Shown here: in pieces, positions 1-12,001 of the stretch | How the letters are laid out: each line of letters opens with the position of its first letter | How positions within the stretch are numbered: the first letter of the stretch is position 1 | Source of the DNA: the human T2T-CHM13v2.0 reference genome, Homo sapiens | Assembly: GCF_009914755.1 (NCBI RefSeq) | Contig: NC_060931.1 | Strand: one strand, 5' to 3' | Length of the DNA: 64,000 nt | Notes under the pieces: model-generated | Database searches by the model: none | What the model saw: the letters and a program-made list of their open reading frames with translations, nothing else | Told to the model about the DNA's origin: nothing | Made by a program: the position numbers and the translations under genes

Positions 1-228
1 GACTAGCCTGGGTAACATAGGGAGACCACATCTCTACAAAACATTTAAAAATTAACCAGGCATGGTGGGATGTGCCTGTAGTCCCAGCTACTCAGGAAGT
101 TGAGGCAGGAGGATCACTTGAGCCCAGGAGGTCAAGGCTACAGTGAGCTATTGTCATGCTACTGCACCCCAGCCTGGGTGACAGAGTGAGACCCCGTCTC
201 AAAAAAAAAAAAAAAAAAAAAAAAAAAA
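1..228 (+). mobile_element. Alu (AluJ-like), cut by window start, poly(A) tail 201-228
   Basis: Alu arm sequence ggatcacttgagcccaggaggtcaaggctacagtgagct (J-type diagnostics), then A-tail. Confidence 0.93.
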
Positions 229-290
229 GAAGGAAAGGAAGGAAGGAAGGGAGGGAGGGGAGAAGGAAGGAAGGAGAAGGCAGGCAGGAA
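229..290 (+). repeat. (GGAA/GGGA)n purine-rich simple repeat
   Basis: aaggaaaggaaggaaggaagggagggagggg directly after the Alu tail. Confidence 0.85.
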
Positions 291-300
291 ATCAATATGA

Positions 301-487
301 CAGCATAGCATTGGAGCTAAGAACACACCTTCTAGAAGCAGACTCTATGAATTCAAATCCTGGGTCTACCATTTATAAGCTGTACTTTCCTCTGTAAAAT
401 ATGAATCTACAGTACCTACTTCTCACAGATTGTTATAAAGATGAGATGTGTTAATATAGATAAAGTAAGCACTCAGTGAATATGAGG
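301..487 (+). mobile_element. MIR SINE remnant
   Basis: MIR core-like ttcaaatcctgggtctaccatttataagctgt...ctctgtaaaat...gtacctacttctcacagattgttataaagatgagatg. Confidence 0.7.
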
Positions 488-1004
488 CATTAACCAGAAC
501 CCAACAAGGTGCCATCATCAAATATAATAATTGAGTGCATAACTTTTTTCAGTTTACAAAGCAAATTTACATATAGCATTTCTTTTGGATCTCACAAAAC
601 TCCATGAGAGCTGGCAAAATACTTCCCCCCATTTTCTTTGAAGCTCATACTCTCCTTGTTTACTCCCTTACAAGTCACACTTGAACAAAGTGACCAGGCA
701 GATTTGGGAAAAAGCAAACAAACAAAAAACACCAGATAGACCTTTAAGAAATTAAAAAACAAAAAACAAAAAACAAAAAACTGTTAACACAGAAATCTCA
801 GTTGATGGGCTAAATGGCCCATCATTCTAAGAATAGTTGGGAAGACAATGCTTTAGATGCCATCTACACGCTGTTAGTTCCATCTCAGTCATCTCTCCTG
901 AATAACAGCATCCACCTGCCTGCTCATTTCCAATGGATTTCTAATAGAGATCTCAGACTCAACATGTCTATAAAAAGAGCTCCTTGTTTCCCACCCCCCC
1001 TCAA

Positions 1005-1450
1005 TAAATAAGATAGTGGATAAATTATGATATATTCACACACTAGAATATTCTGGCAATATGAAGGAACTGTAGCTATTCCTGAAAACATGGATGAATT
1101 TTGCAAATATATGGAGGAAAATCTCAAGTTCCAAAAAGACCATGCAAAGTCCGATACTATTTTTATATGTCTCAAAATACCTTTAGCAACACACATTTAC
1201 TCATTACACTGTGATAAAAATATATGTTTGTTTAAAAATCAGGATAATTATAAATACAAATTTCGGAATAGTGGGAAAGCAGGAAAATGCTAGGAATAAG
1301 ATACTTAGCGAGATCTCCAAGTATTTGTAATGAGCCAATTCTTAAGTTGGATGGTGGTTCACTGGAGCACCTTTAAAATTGTGCTTTAGAGTTTACTTGT
1401 ATGTTACATACCATCTTTTGTATATATCAAATAATTATAAACTAAAAAGA
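1005..1450 (+). mobile_element. Old L1M 3' fragment
   Basis: ggataaattatgatatattcacacactagaata...aacatggatgaattt resembles the L1M 3' region. Confidence 0.55.
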
Positions 1451-3809
1451 CAGAAATGCCATCCACAAAAATGAACTGTGCTGAAGTAATTCATATTTCA
1501 AAACAATAAGCTAAGCAATGAAGGAAAGTAACTCTTGCTAAAAATATGAGGAAGTTAATTTATGCTAATAAAGTTGGTTATGGAATATAATTACTTGAGC
1601 AAGGATGACTAAAATATGTCTATACTATGTGTATCAAATGCCAAGGGGGAAATGACCAGGGTATTTACAGATCAGAACAAATGTATTTATGAAGAATCTT
1701 TTTTTTTTTTTCTATTTTGCAGACTTTCTTTTTTAAAAGCAAAATAAATTGACATGACTTGTTCAGGGTTAACTGTTTGGCAGGTGGATGATCTGTGGCC
1801 ATCCATGATGAGATCACCTCCCTGCCCCGCTGGCCCCCAGCCTCTAGAAGTCAGGGCTTCTGAGGCCCAGAAGCTCAGCGCCACACCTGTTGAAGGCCAG
1901 TGATGTCAGAGTTACTCTTCCTTCCTCCAGCAGCACTGACAGCAGTTTATTGTACGCAATTTCTAGAACTCAGATGTTCTAGAAGGAAGCAAACATATTC
2001 TGAGATCACAGACTATGACTATGCTCTCAGAATATGTTCTAGAACACCTAAGTTGCAATTCTTAAAATCAACACAGCGTAAGACTGCTTTAGGAGGAAGT
2101 GATCAAGCTCAAAGCAACCTAGGCATGATGTGCCTTGTTTGTTTATCTGTTTGAACAGGAATAAAACGAAAAGAGGCCTGTGTATTTCTCGTATTTTTAT
2201 ATAAGAGCTGGAGCTATTTGAACGGCTAAGGAGAAGAAGATAGTTTGATTTAGATTTGGCATGGGTTTAGGGGAAGAAACGTCTCTGTAGCTGGTCCTAA
2301 ATATTATGGTAACTTGGACTGAATCAGTCTCCAAGGGAGAAGCTGCCACATGTTATAACAGAAGCCACTGGGCTTGGCAAGAAACAAATGAAAAAAAGTA
2401 CAACGAAAGCAACCCCACTTCTCCATCGTGGCGGGGATGAGCTAGGCAGGACGACTGCATGTCTTCCTTTCCTATGCCTGACCAAATCCAGCACTGCCCT
2501 TTCAAATCAGTCTTCATCACATTCCAAAGAATACAAAATACGCAAGTTAATTTTAATTTCCAATGAATTCTTCAGGAGAAATTTTTCTTCCTCCTTCCTA
2601 AAAAAAAGAATAAAAAATGCAGAATAGAGATTCAAAATGAGGGGTGGCAGCAAAAATTCTGACTCGCAGAAGGTTGAGAGGGTGCCTTTTTCAAATGTAT
2701 TTATTTTACAGTTCCAAGAAGGTAAGACTACCTTCTGTTTTGATTCATGCTTCACCATTCCCCACTTAAATTTTTAAAAATTACATCCTTGCCTATGTCT
2801 GTCTTGCTATTTGACTGGTCACTCCCAAACATAAACTGCCCTAGTTTGAAGCTTCCCAAAGCCAAGCAAAGGTGACAGACTAGTACAAAGAAGGCCGCTA
2901 GTGAGTTTTTACTGAGTGAATCTACATTGTTCCATGGCCTTGGTCTGGATATAGATTCTAAAGCTTCTTACACTGACAAAAATGGAGTTTCTAGCTCTCC
3001 AGGTAATTTTCGGTGAAAGAAAATTATAGAAGAAGGCATAAACCTTGGCTCACAAAATAAATACGCACTCAGACCCATGTACTTCATGAAACATACAAGC
3101 CCAGAGCTAGACCATGCCATCTGTTTTATGAGGAAAAAAAATAAATTCACATGATTTACTTACTTTAGCTCTGCCAGAAATCATCAGCATCTACTTGCAC
3201 AACTAAAGACAAGAAGACAAGGCAGATGGAGGCTAAACACCGAATACTGCCTAATTTTGATGTATATTTTTGGGTCAAACCTCTTATAATTTACTATTTC
3301 CAAGAGGGAAAATAAGCTTATATAATGGCACTGAATCATTGGCTTCCAGTTATGGGAAGCAAAGGAAATTAACCTCAAGGGGAAAAAAATGCTACAAATA
3401 TAAATAATATAGTTTCTGTTTACGAAGCAGTTTTTCATGTACTGCCATTTCTTTCTTTTTTTAAAGAAGATATGTTTACAAAATAGGTGACCAACTAAGG
3501 TAGGTGTGTGTGAAGAGAGGCAGTGAGAGAGAGGGGATCCTGAAATTCTTTTCAGTAAAGGAAAAAGATAATTTTAGGGATGTTTTTAAAAATATATAAC
3601 TTGATGAATTTTTTATAGCATGAGTATTATTTAGGTGCTGTCCTAGACCAGTGTGGCGTATAGGCTATAGAAGATTGGTCCTGAATGCTAACGGCAGGGA
3701 TGAGTGTAAGATCATCAAAACTTATTTGTGGGAAGGAGAGCTACTGACAGAGCCATGTATTACATGACTCCAGTCTGGGCTGATAGGCCTGCCTTAAAGC
3801 ATAGCTAGA

Positions 3810-4110
3810 GGGCAGGCACGGTGGCTCATGCCTGTAATCTCAGCACTTTGGGAGGCTGAGGCGGGCAGGTCACTTGAAGTCAGGAGTTTGAGACCAGCAA
3901 CATGGTGAAACCCCATCTCTACTAAAAATACGAAGATTAGCCGGGTGTGGTAGCATGTGCCTGTAGTCCTAGCTACTCAGGAGGCTGAGGCAGGAGAATC
4001 GCTTGAACTGGGGAGGCAGAGGCTGCAGTGACCCAAGATTGTGCCACTTGCACTCCAGCCTGGGTGACAGAGTGAGACTCCATTTCAAAAAAAAAAAAAA
4101 AAAAAAAAAA
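3810..4110 (+). mobile_element. Alu (AluS-like), full length
   Basis: Both arms, A24 tail, TSD aaagcatag(c/a)taga. Confidence 0.95.
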
Positions 4111-4355
4111 GCATAGATAGACAAAATGTCCTGGAATCACTAAAATGGATAAATTATGATATCCATAAAGTGGATAAGTTATGATATATATTCACACACT
4201 AGATACACACATTATGATATATTCATATATATCGTGAAGGCTAAACCCACATGAGTCCATAACACACTCACAGGTCTGTGCCCTTTGGCCCTGGCCCTCT
4301 CGCCATTCGGAAGCGATCACAGAGAACACAATGAGTCTGTTATTCGCTCAATATA

Positions 4356-4720
4356 CAGTCATGTGCAGCATAACATTTCAGTCAATGGTGCACTGCACCC
4401 ATGATGGTGGGCCCGCAAGATTACATGGAGCTGAAAATTCCTATTGCCTAGTGACACTGTAGCCACTGTAACACACTGCAGGGCTTTACTTTTTCTATGT
4501 TTAGGTATGTTTAGATATATGAGCACTTACCATTGTGTTACAATGTATTCAGTACAGTCGTACTGTACGCCACACAGGTTTGTGGCCTAGGAGCAATAGG
4601 GCCATATCATATCGCCTAGGGATGTAGTAGGCTATACCATGTAGGTTTATGTATATACACTCTATGATGTTCACACGATGACAAAACTGCCTATCCCCAT
4701 TGTTAAATGACACATGACTG
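4356..4720 (+). mobile_element. Tigger3/GOLEM-type TcMar non-autonomous DNA transposon
   Basis: Terminal inverted repeats cagtcatgtg...cacatgactg, TA target duplications at both ends, internal ggtttgtggcctaggagcaatagg typical of Tigger3. Confidence 0.85.
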
Positions 4721-4899
4721 TATGTGCATTAAGTACCTACTGTGTGTCAGGTAGTGTACTTGGCAGGTGCTGAAGTATGGTGGTGAATCAATGGAGAAAG
4801 TCCCTTATGGAGTTCATAGTCTATGGGGAAGAATGGTGAGCTCCAGTATAGATACCCAGTATATACAGAGAGAGGTCCAGTACAGACACCCAGTATAGA

Positions 4900-5130
4900 C
4901 ATAGCCAAGTGACCAAGAGCACTGGCTTGGAGTCATTCAGATGAGGTTTAATCCTTGGTTCTGCTACTTGCTTTGGAAATGTCACTCCCTAATCACTGCT
5001 TACTTTATATGTAAAATGGGATGGTAATGCCAGCCTTTCAGGGCTATTGAGAAGATTCCATGAGACAATGTTTATAAAGCACTTACAACAGCATCTAGCA
5101 CCCAACAGACCTAATAAATGGGAGTTATGA
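4900..5130 (+). mobile_element. MIR remnant
   Basis: ggtttaatccttggttctgctacttgct...atatgtaaaatgggatggtaatgcc...aataaatgggagttat. Confidence 0.65.
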
Positions 5131-5569
5131 TGATTGTTCTCTCAAAGATCCAAGGGACACACACAAAGAGGTTTGCTATTTTCTCCCCCAGAACACACCC
5201 CAAAATGCTGAACCAGGAGCCAACTCATATCACCACTTTATCACGCTCCTGTATGACCCTGGGCAAATCAGATGCCCACCAGTGTCACTAGGCTAGACAG
5301 CAAAGTCTAGTTGCTAAAAATATACTCCAGCAGGTGGTCTACAGTGTTGCTGTAATGGGAATGTTTTCTGTTTTTCAAGGAGCTAAGAAGCATTATCGGA
5401 TGGTCTCTTGAAAAATAACTTATAAGCATTTTCTCTTTCAATACAAGCCCTACCAAGAGCACACTACCATAATAAATATTCTGGACAATGGTTCCAAAGG
5501 GAGAGATGAAAAGCTGTGCTCGGGGCATTAAGCTGAGAAGCGGTGGAGTAGTCAATAGCACAACCTCTG

Positions 5570-5790
5570 CAGCCAGGCTGCCTGAGTCTTCAGTCCAGCT
5601 CTGTCACTCACTAGCTGTGTAGCAATGACCACATCGCTCACTGGACTCATTGCTTAAAATCTGTAAAATGGGATAGTATTATTCCCTATCTCATTAGGTA
5701 GTTGTAAGGATTAAAATCACTAACACCTGTAGGGCAACTAAAACAGCACCTGACATACAGAGAACATTCCATAAACATTACCAATAATTA
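5570..5790 (+). mobile_element. MIR remnant
   Basis: ccagctctgtcactcactagctgtgt...atctgtaaaatgggatagta...gttgtaaggattaaaat. Confidence 0.75.
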
Positions 5791-6078
5791 CGCATGGCAA
5801 ACTCAATAACTTTATTACCTTGCTAATAAAAACATGAGGGCCAAATAGCAAGAAAGCGACTGAACTACACCAGAGGTTTGAAACTTGAGTTTTCTCCTTG
5901 GCTCTCCCATCAACTGTCTGCATGACTGTGGGTACATCACTTCCCTTCTATATTTCACTATTCTCATCTATACAAAAAGCAATATACGCACACACCAAGA
6001 ACACCTAGAGAAGCCTGATGCAGCTTTCTGCTAATACCAACTGGAGCCAAACAACTTAAATTTATTTATCTTCCTATC

Positions 6079-6903
<825 letters not shown>

Positions 6904-7069
6904 CCATCCTTTCAGAAGGGGTGATGCCCACACCGAAGGAAAAAACCTCTAGACTCCACAGCCATTTAATCTTCTATTGGAGACCATAATCGAGGCAAGG
7001 AATTCAGATGAGGCTACTCTTTTCTTCACAGGTGAATTCCAAGCGTCTCACAGCTTCCAGGGCATTTCT

Positions 7070-8840
7070 TGTTCTGGTTCCTGCTCACCTGTCTTATCTC
7101 CTTGCTCTTCCCTCCATTCCAGCCACACGTGGTTTTTGGTTTAAAGACACTGTGTTCTTATCTTGCTCTGCCTGAGTACGCGCTACTTCCACGGCCTGGG
7201 GTATGCTGTTTTCCCACTTTTTATCTGGGTCCTCATCATTTGAGTCTCATGTTGAGAACCACAACTGCCTCTAGAGAGCTTCCCTGACCTGACAAGGTTA
7301 GGCCAGTAAGTTCCCACAGCCAATCTGCACACCTCCTGCCTTACACTCAAGCCACGCCATCAGGGCTCCCTCCCAGCCTGGCAGCTCCGTGAAGGACACA
7401 CCTCTCTTGTTGGTCACAGCATTCATGCTGCCAAGCTGGTCCACGAAGACACAACAAATAGCTGCTGAATAAATAAATGAGGATGCAGATGGTTCTTAAG
7501 CCTTGACCTTCAATCCTCCCAATGTCCTTGAGATTCGGCTCCATGTCTCCAACCACTTGCTGGACACCTGAAGGCGGGAATCTCACCAGCACCTACACTG
7601 AATATGCACAGAGTGGACAGAGCTTGTCTTTGCTCTCACGTACGCTGTCTTCCAAGCCTAGTACAGTAGAAAGAACACAGGCTTGGGGGTCAGGGAGGCC
7701 TGTACTGAAGTCCCTGTTCTAGATCCTGTTACAACTGTACAATTTTAGACCAATTGCTAATTTTCTCTGACCCTTAGTTTTCTCGTCTCTGATATAAGGA
7801 TGAAAATACCAACCCACAAGATTAGGAGGAGATTAAATGAGATAATAGCTATGCAATGCCTGGCAGATGGCATAGAAATAATGAATGGCACCTGGGTTCA
7901 AAGCTCTGGGGGCATTTTTGCTTCCCATCGGCCAACCCCTATTATCTAGGCAGTTCCTAAATCCCATCTCATAAATTCAATTTCTCCATCTAGTGGCCTT
8001 CCCCTCACCCAGGCCCTCCCCACCTCCCTCCTGGACCACAACAGCAGCTCTAAAAGGCTTCCCAGCTCTGGCTATTTCACAGTCCAGAGGCACCCACATG
8101 CTGATCCCCGCAAGGCCTCTTCAGGATGGGGACTCTAGCCACTCAAATTCTTCCATTGCTCCCCAGTAACTTAAGTTTAAATCATTTAGTCACGTGCCAT
8201 TCAAGGCCCTCTGGGTTCTGGCCTCCAAGGACCTTTGCTACCTGATCTTCTCCTTAGTGGTTTACACACATCATTGCCCAGCAACTACAAATCGATTCCT
8301 GCCCACTCTGCACCCCGGCATTTCCCATCCCTACCTATGCCTTTGCTCATGTTTCCTTCAACGAGGATACTCCAAGACCTCAAGTCCAACATTACCTTTC
8401 TTTCAATGTCTGGCTCAAAGGCTCTTTATCCATGAAGCATTTCTTGATCATCCCAGCCACAGATAAACACACAACCTTTCTTTTCTATGAACTTGTGGTA
8501 TGTTTATCTCTCTACCTTTTATACATTTCTCTTTCTCTCTGCATTTATTCTTTGTTTTTCTTTTTTCTAAGACATCTTGTTATAGCATCTCTGCATTTAT
8601 TCTAATTTTATCTGTGCACAGAACCTTAGCTTCAAGCTCCTTGAAGGGTAGCATCGTGTCCCAGCCTACACTGTCACACTCAGGAGAAGCACCCAGTAGA
8701 TGGTGGCTCTGTATCTACCTACAGAGTGCCACTGAGGAGCACAGGCCTTCAGGTCTGTAGCCCATCAGCTGAGCCTTCGCATCAGCTCCTAGAACAGTGC
8801 CTGGCATAGAGCAACACCCAGAAATCATTGTTAAATGAAA
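7070..8840. mobile_element. Cluster of L2 and MIR fragments
   Basis: L2 3' motifs (aaatagctgctgaataaataaatga; agaacagtgcctggcatag) and MIR core at about 7660-7880. Confidence 0.55.
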
Positions 8841-9383
8841 TTATCCACAAGGGAGTCACCTAGTGTCTACATGATAGAAATTCTTTCCCTGTAGAATATA
8901 ACATGAAAGGGGGTGTGAAGAAGCCTTCTCTCTCCCCATACTTCCAGATGCAAGAAAGCTTCACGTTAACTGTCTCCCACAAGCTATATAGCTACTCTCG
9001 GCAATAAACATGACATATAATACTTTGGTGCATTTGGCGTGTCAAAAATATTCAATTTTAACATGTCAGAAAGAATCATTTTTCAAAAACAGTCTCCTTT
9101 GGAGAAGAGAGTTATTCAAACAATATCCAAAACCTTTTTGGATCTCACATTTTGAAGAGGTCCAACTTCCGTTGGTTAAAAAAAAAAGTCTATTATATAA
9201 TGAAAGCCTTACAACTGACTGAGAATTATAGAATTTCAGAAATAAATCCCAGTCTGTTCATCCTTAAAATAAGAAGCTATTTTTCAGGGCTTTCATGTCC
9301 AAAATTATATTATGTAAGCCACTTCATAAATCATGTACACAACAATTCTCATTTTTCCATTAAATCTCTATTTTGAAATTTAA

Positions 9384-9692
<309 letters not shown>

Positions 9693-10034
9693 CTTTTTAT
9701 TTTGACCCCCTCTTGGCTCTAACAGCACACGTGTACCTCTGTTACAGGACATCAGTCTACAGTGCTACCTCTTTTTATAGTCATTTATCTCACTAACCTG
9801 TGTCTTTCTGAAATGCCAGACCCATGTTCACTTTTGAATCTACAGTACCTTCTACTGAAATGTAGTAGCTGGCTCAGTCCATGTTTATAACATGAAACAA
9901 TGACTTGAATCAGTGGTTTGATCACCTACCATATTCATGAGACCTAACTATTGGCTCCCTCCTACCCTCAAAGGACAGAGATTTCCCACCGCTGTGGATC
10001 GTCAAAAGAAGATAGAAAGTTCTTAAGTGCTTCA

Positions 10035-10049
10035 TTTAATGTGTTTATT
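10035..10049 (-). terminator. Distal polyadenylation signals (AATAAA then ATTAAA)
   Basis: Minus strand aaataaacacattaaatg followed by pyrimidine-rich ctttctatcttcttttg; marks the edge of the repeat-free block. Confidence 0.55.
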
Positions 10050-11948
10050 TAGTCCCCTTGAAATAAATACTGATGGGTAAAACCAAATTAAATCACATGC
10101 TAAAAAGGATAGCCAGTCAAGTACCTAGCTGAGTATCTAAAATTAGTACACACACACACCAAAAACAAAAACAAAAGCATGGAAAAAGCCAAAAAGCCCT
10201 GCCTATTCAGCCCTGTGTACCCTTCACTGACTAGGAAGTGACCCACTTTTCAGGTATCATCCAATCATACAAACTGGGCATCAGTGTCGTCAGAAGCCCA
10301 CACATGTTCATCTCAAGACTCAACAACATAAACACGTCTATGTTTCCAAGAAAGCTCGTTGCAAGTTGGTGACAAATTTGAAAAAAAAAAAAAAAAAAAA
10401 AAGCTCTAAATAAAATTACAGACATGACTTTCACATTTGAGCTCTCCAAATATATTGTTATGGGTTTAAGAAATACCACACTTCTGTGTCACAAAGAGAG
10501 TTCTAAAAACCAGTATGTTCTGAGAAGTCCATACCTGCTACTTGGGAACTAAACAAGGCTTGTAACAACTGAATCTCTTTAGAAGACTGTTAACACCTTG
10601 CTTAAGTGTGTAAAAATTGAAAATAAACATAAGTGAAGATTTGAGAATTTTTCAGTTATAACACAGTTCTTATGAAAGATGGAAAATATTTCATATTCTC
10701 TTATATATTTATAAAAACAGCAGATATTTCTTCTATTTACAGAGGTGGAAACGAAGGCAAGCAAATGCAGTCATTTTGTTGGAGGACTATTCTACATTTC
10801 CAAAGCAATGAAGACATGACCCCAAACTAAACTCTCCTGCAACGTATTCTTACAAGAAAAAGGCTAAAAGCCTTATTGCTTAACAAAAGCTAAACAATGT
10901 GAATTATTTCAATAACTGGTCCAAAAAGCTGCAGCAGGCCACTGAGTAACTTGGACATCTGTTGCCATGCTTGTTCATGCTTTCCCCTGAGATGACATAT
11001 ATGTATCATCATTAATAGGTGTCCTTGATTTTGATAAGAACAATATTCCTGTACATCCCCACATCTCCTGTACATAGCCATGTGCTGCCATCTTCTGATT
11101 ATGCCCAGTGGAGTGTAAACATTTTTTCATGAAAAAGCAAAATCAATAAAAGTAAAACTCCCCACTTTTCCTGCCAGTAGTGCCCTTGGTAACAAACAGG
11201 GCAGAGACACCAATACAGAGATTACAATACTCTCAGACATAATTCAAGCAGAACTTTAAATGGATCAGTGCATGTTATAAACTTTCTTTTTTTTGCAAGT
11301 GCCAAGCGTGCTTATGCTACTATTCATTCTGAGATAGACAGATCATCAATGACCTTCTGGGTCACTGACTAGGGAGAAAGCTGACTATAAAAAAGAGTGG
11401 GAGAAAAATAAAGTGGGGGTTGCTTCCTTCCACCCTAGACCCCCTACTGCCTTGAATGAAAGAAGACAGATGGCAGCCACCTTTCCCTTTAATTAGGAGG
11501 GGCAGCTTAGAAGGGACAGTCCTGCTCACTTGGCACTATCTTTAACAAGACTGTTTAGATGGCAATGCTCTGCTCATTCGCCCTTCTTTCAAACTGTTCT
11601 TAATTTTTCACTTACAAACTGAATTTCCGTAAATTTAATGGTGAAACAATTACAGCTCTGACTACAACGCTATACATAAATGACACACTTAAAGATGTTT
11701 GCTGAATTAAAAATTCACAGATATTCCTATAAAGAGGCTGGAATGTTTCAAATGAAATACAGCTACCTCCAGTCCTATCAGCACCACTTTGAGATAAAAT
11801 ATGAATTCCCAGGACACAGAAGCTCTAACTTAAATTCACAACATTCCATACTAGACATAGAAGTAACACCCCTGGTTTCTGCTTTCCAGTTCCACACTCC
11901 AGTCGTGCTCCCACCTTTTACCTTCAAGGTATTGCTGTTCAAGTTGAC

Positions 11949-11949
<1 letters not shown>

Positions 11950-11998
<49 letters not shown>
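11950..11998 (+). repeat. A49 homopolymer (U49 in a minus-strand transcript)
   Basis: Counted directly; no Alu/L1 body adjacent. Confidence 0.95.

Positions 11999-12001
<3 letters not shown>

Noticed and set aside
1961-2044. Heat-shock element
   Set aside because: The TTCnnGAA pairs are not in the 5-bp register needed for three contiguous nGAAn units.
2696-2728. Plus-strand ttttacag|TTCCAAGAAG|gtaaga 10-nt exon-like motif
   Set aside because: Isolated, not a multiple of 3, and no other plus-strand exons support it.
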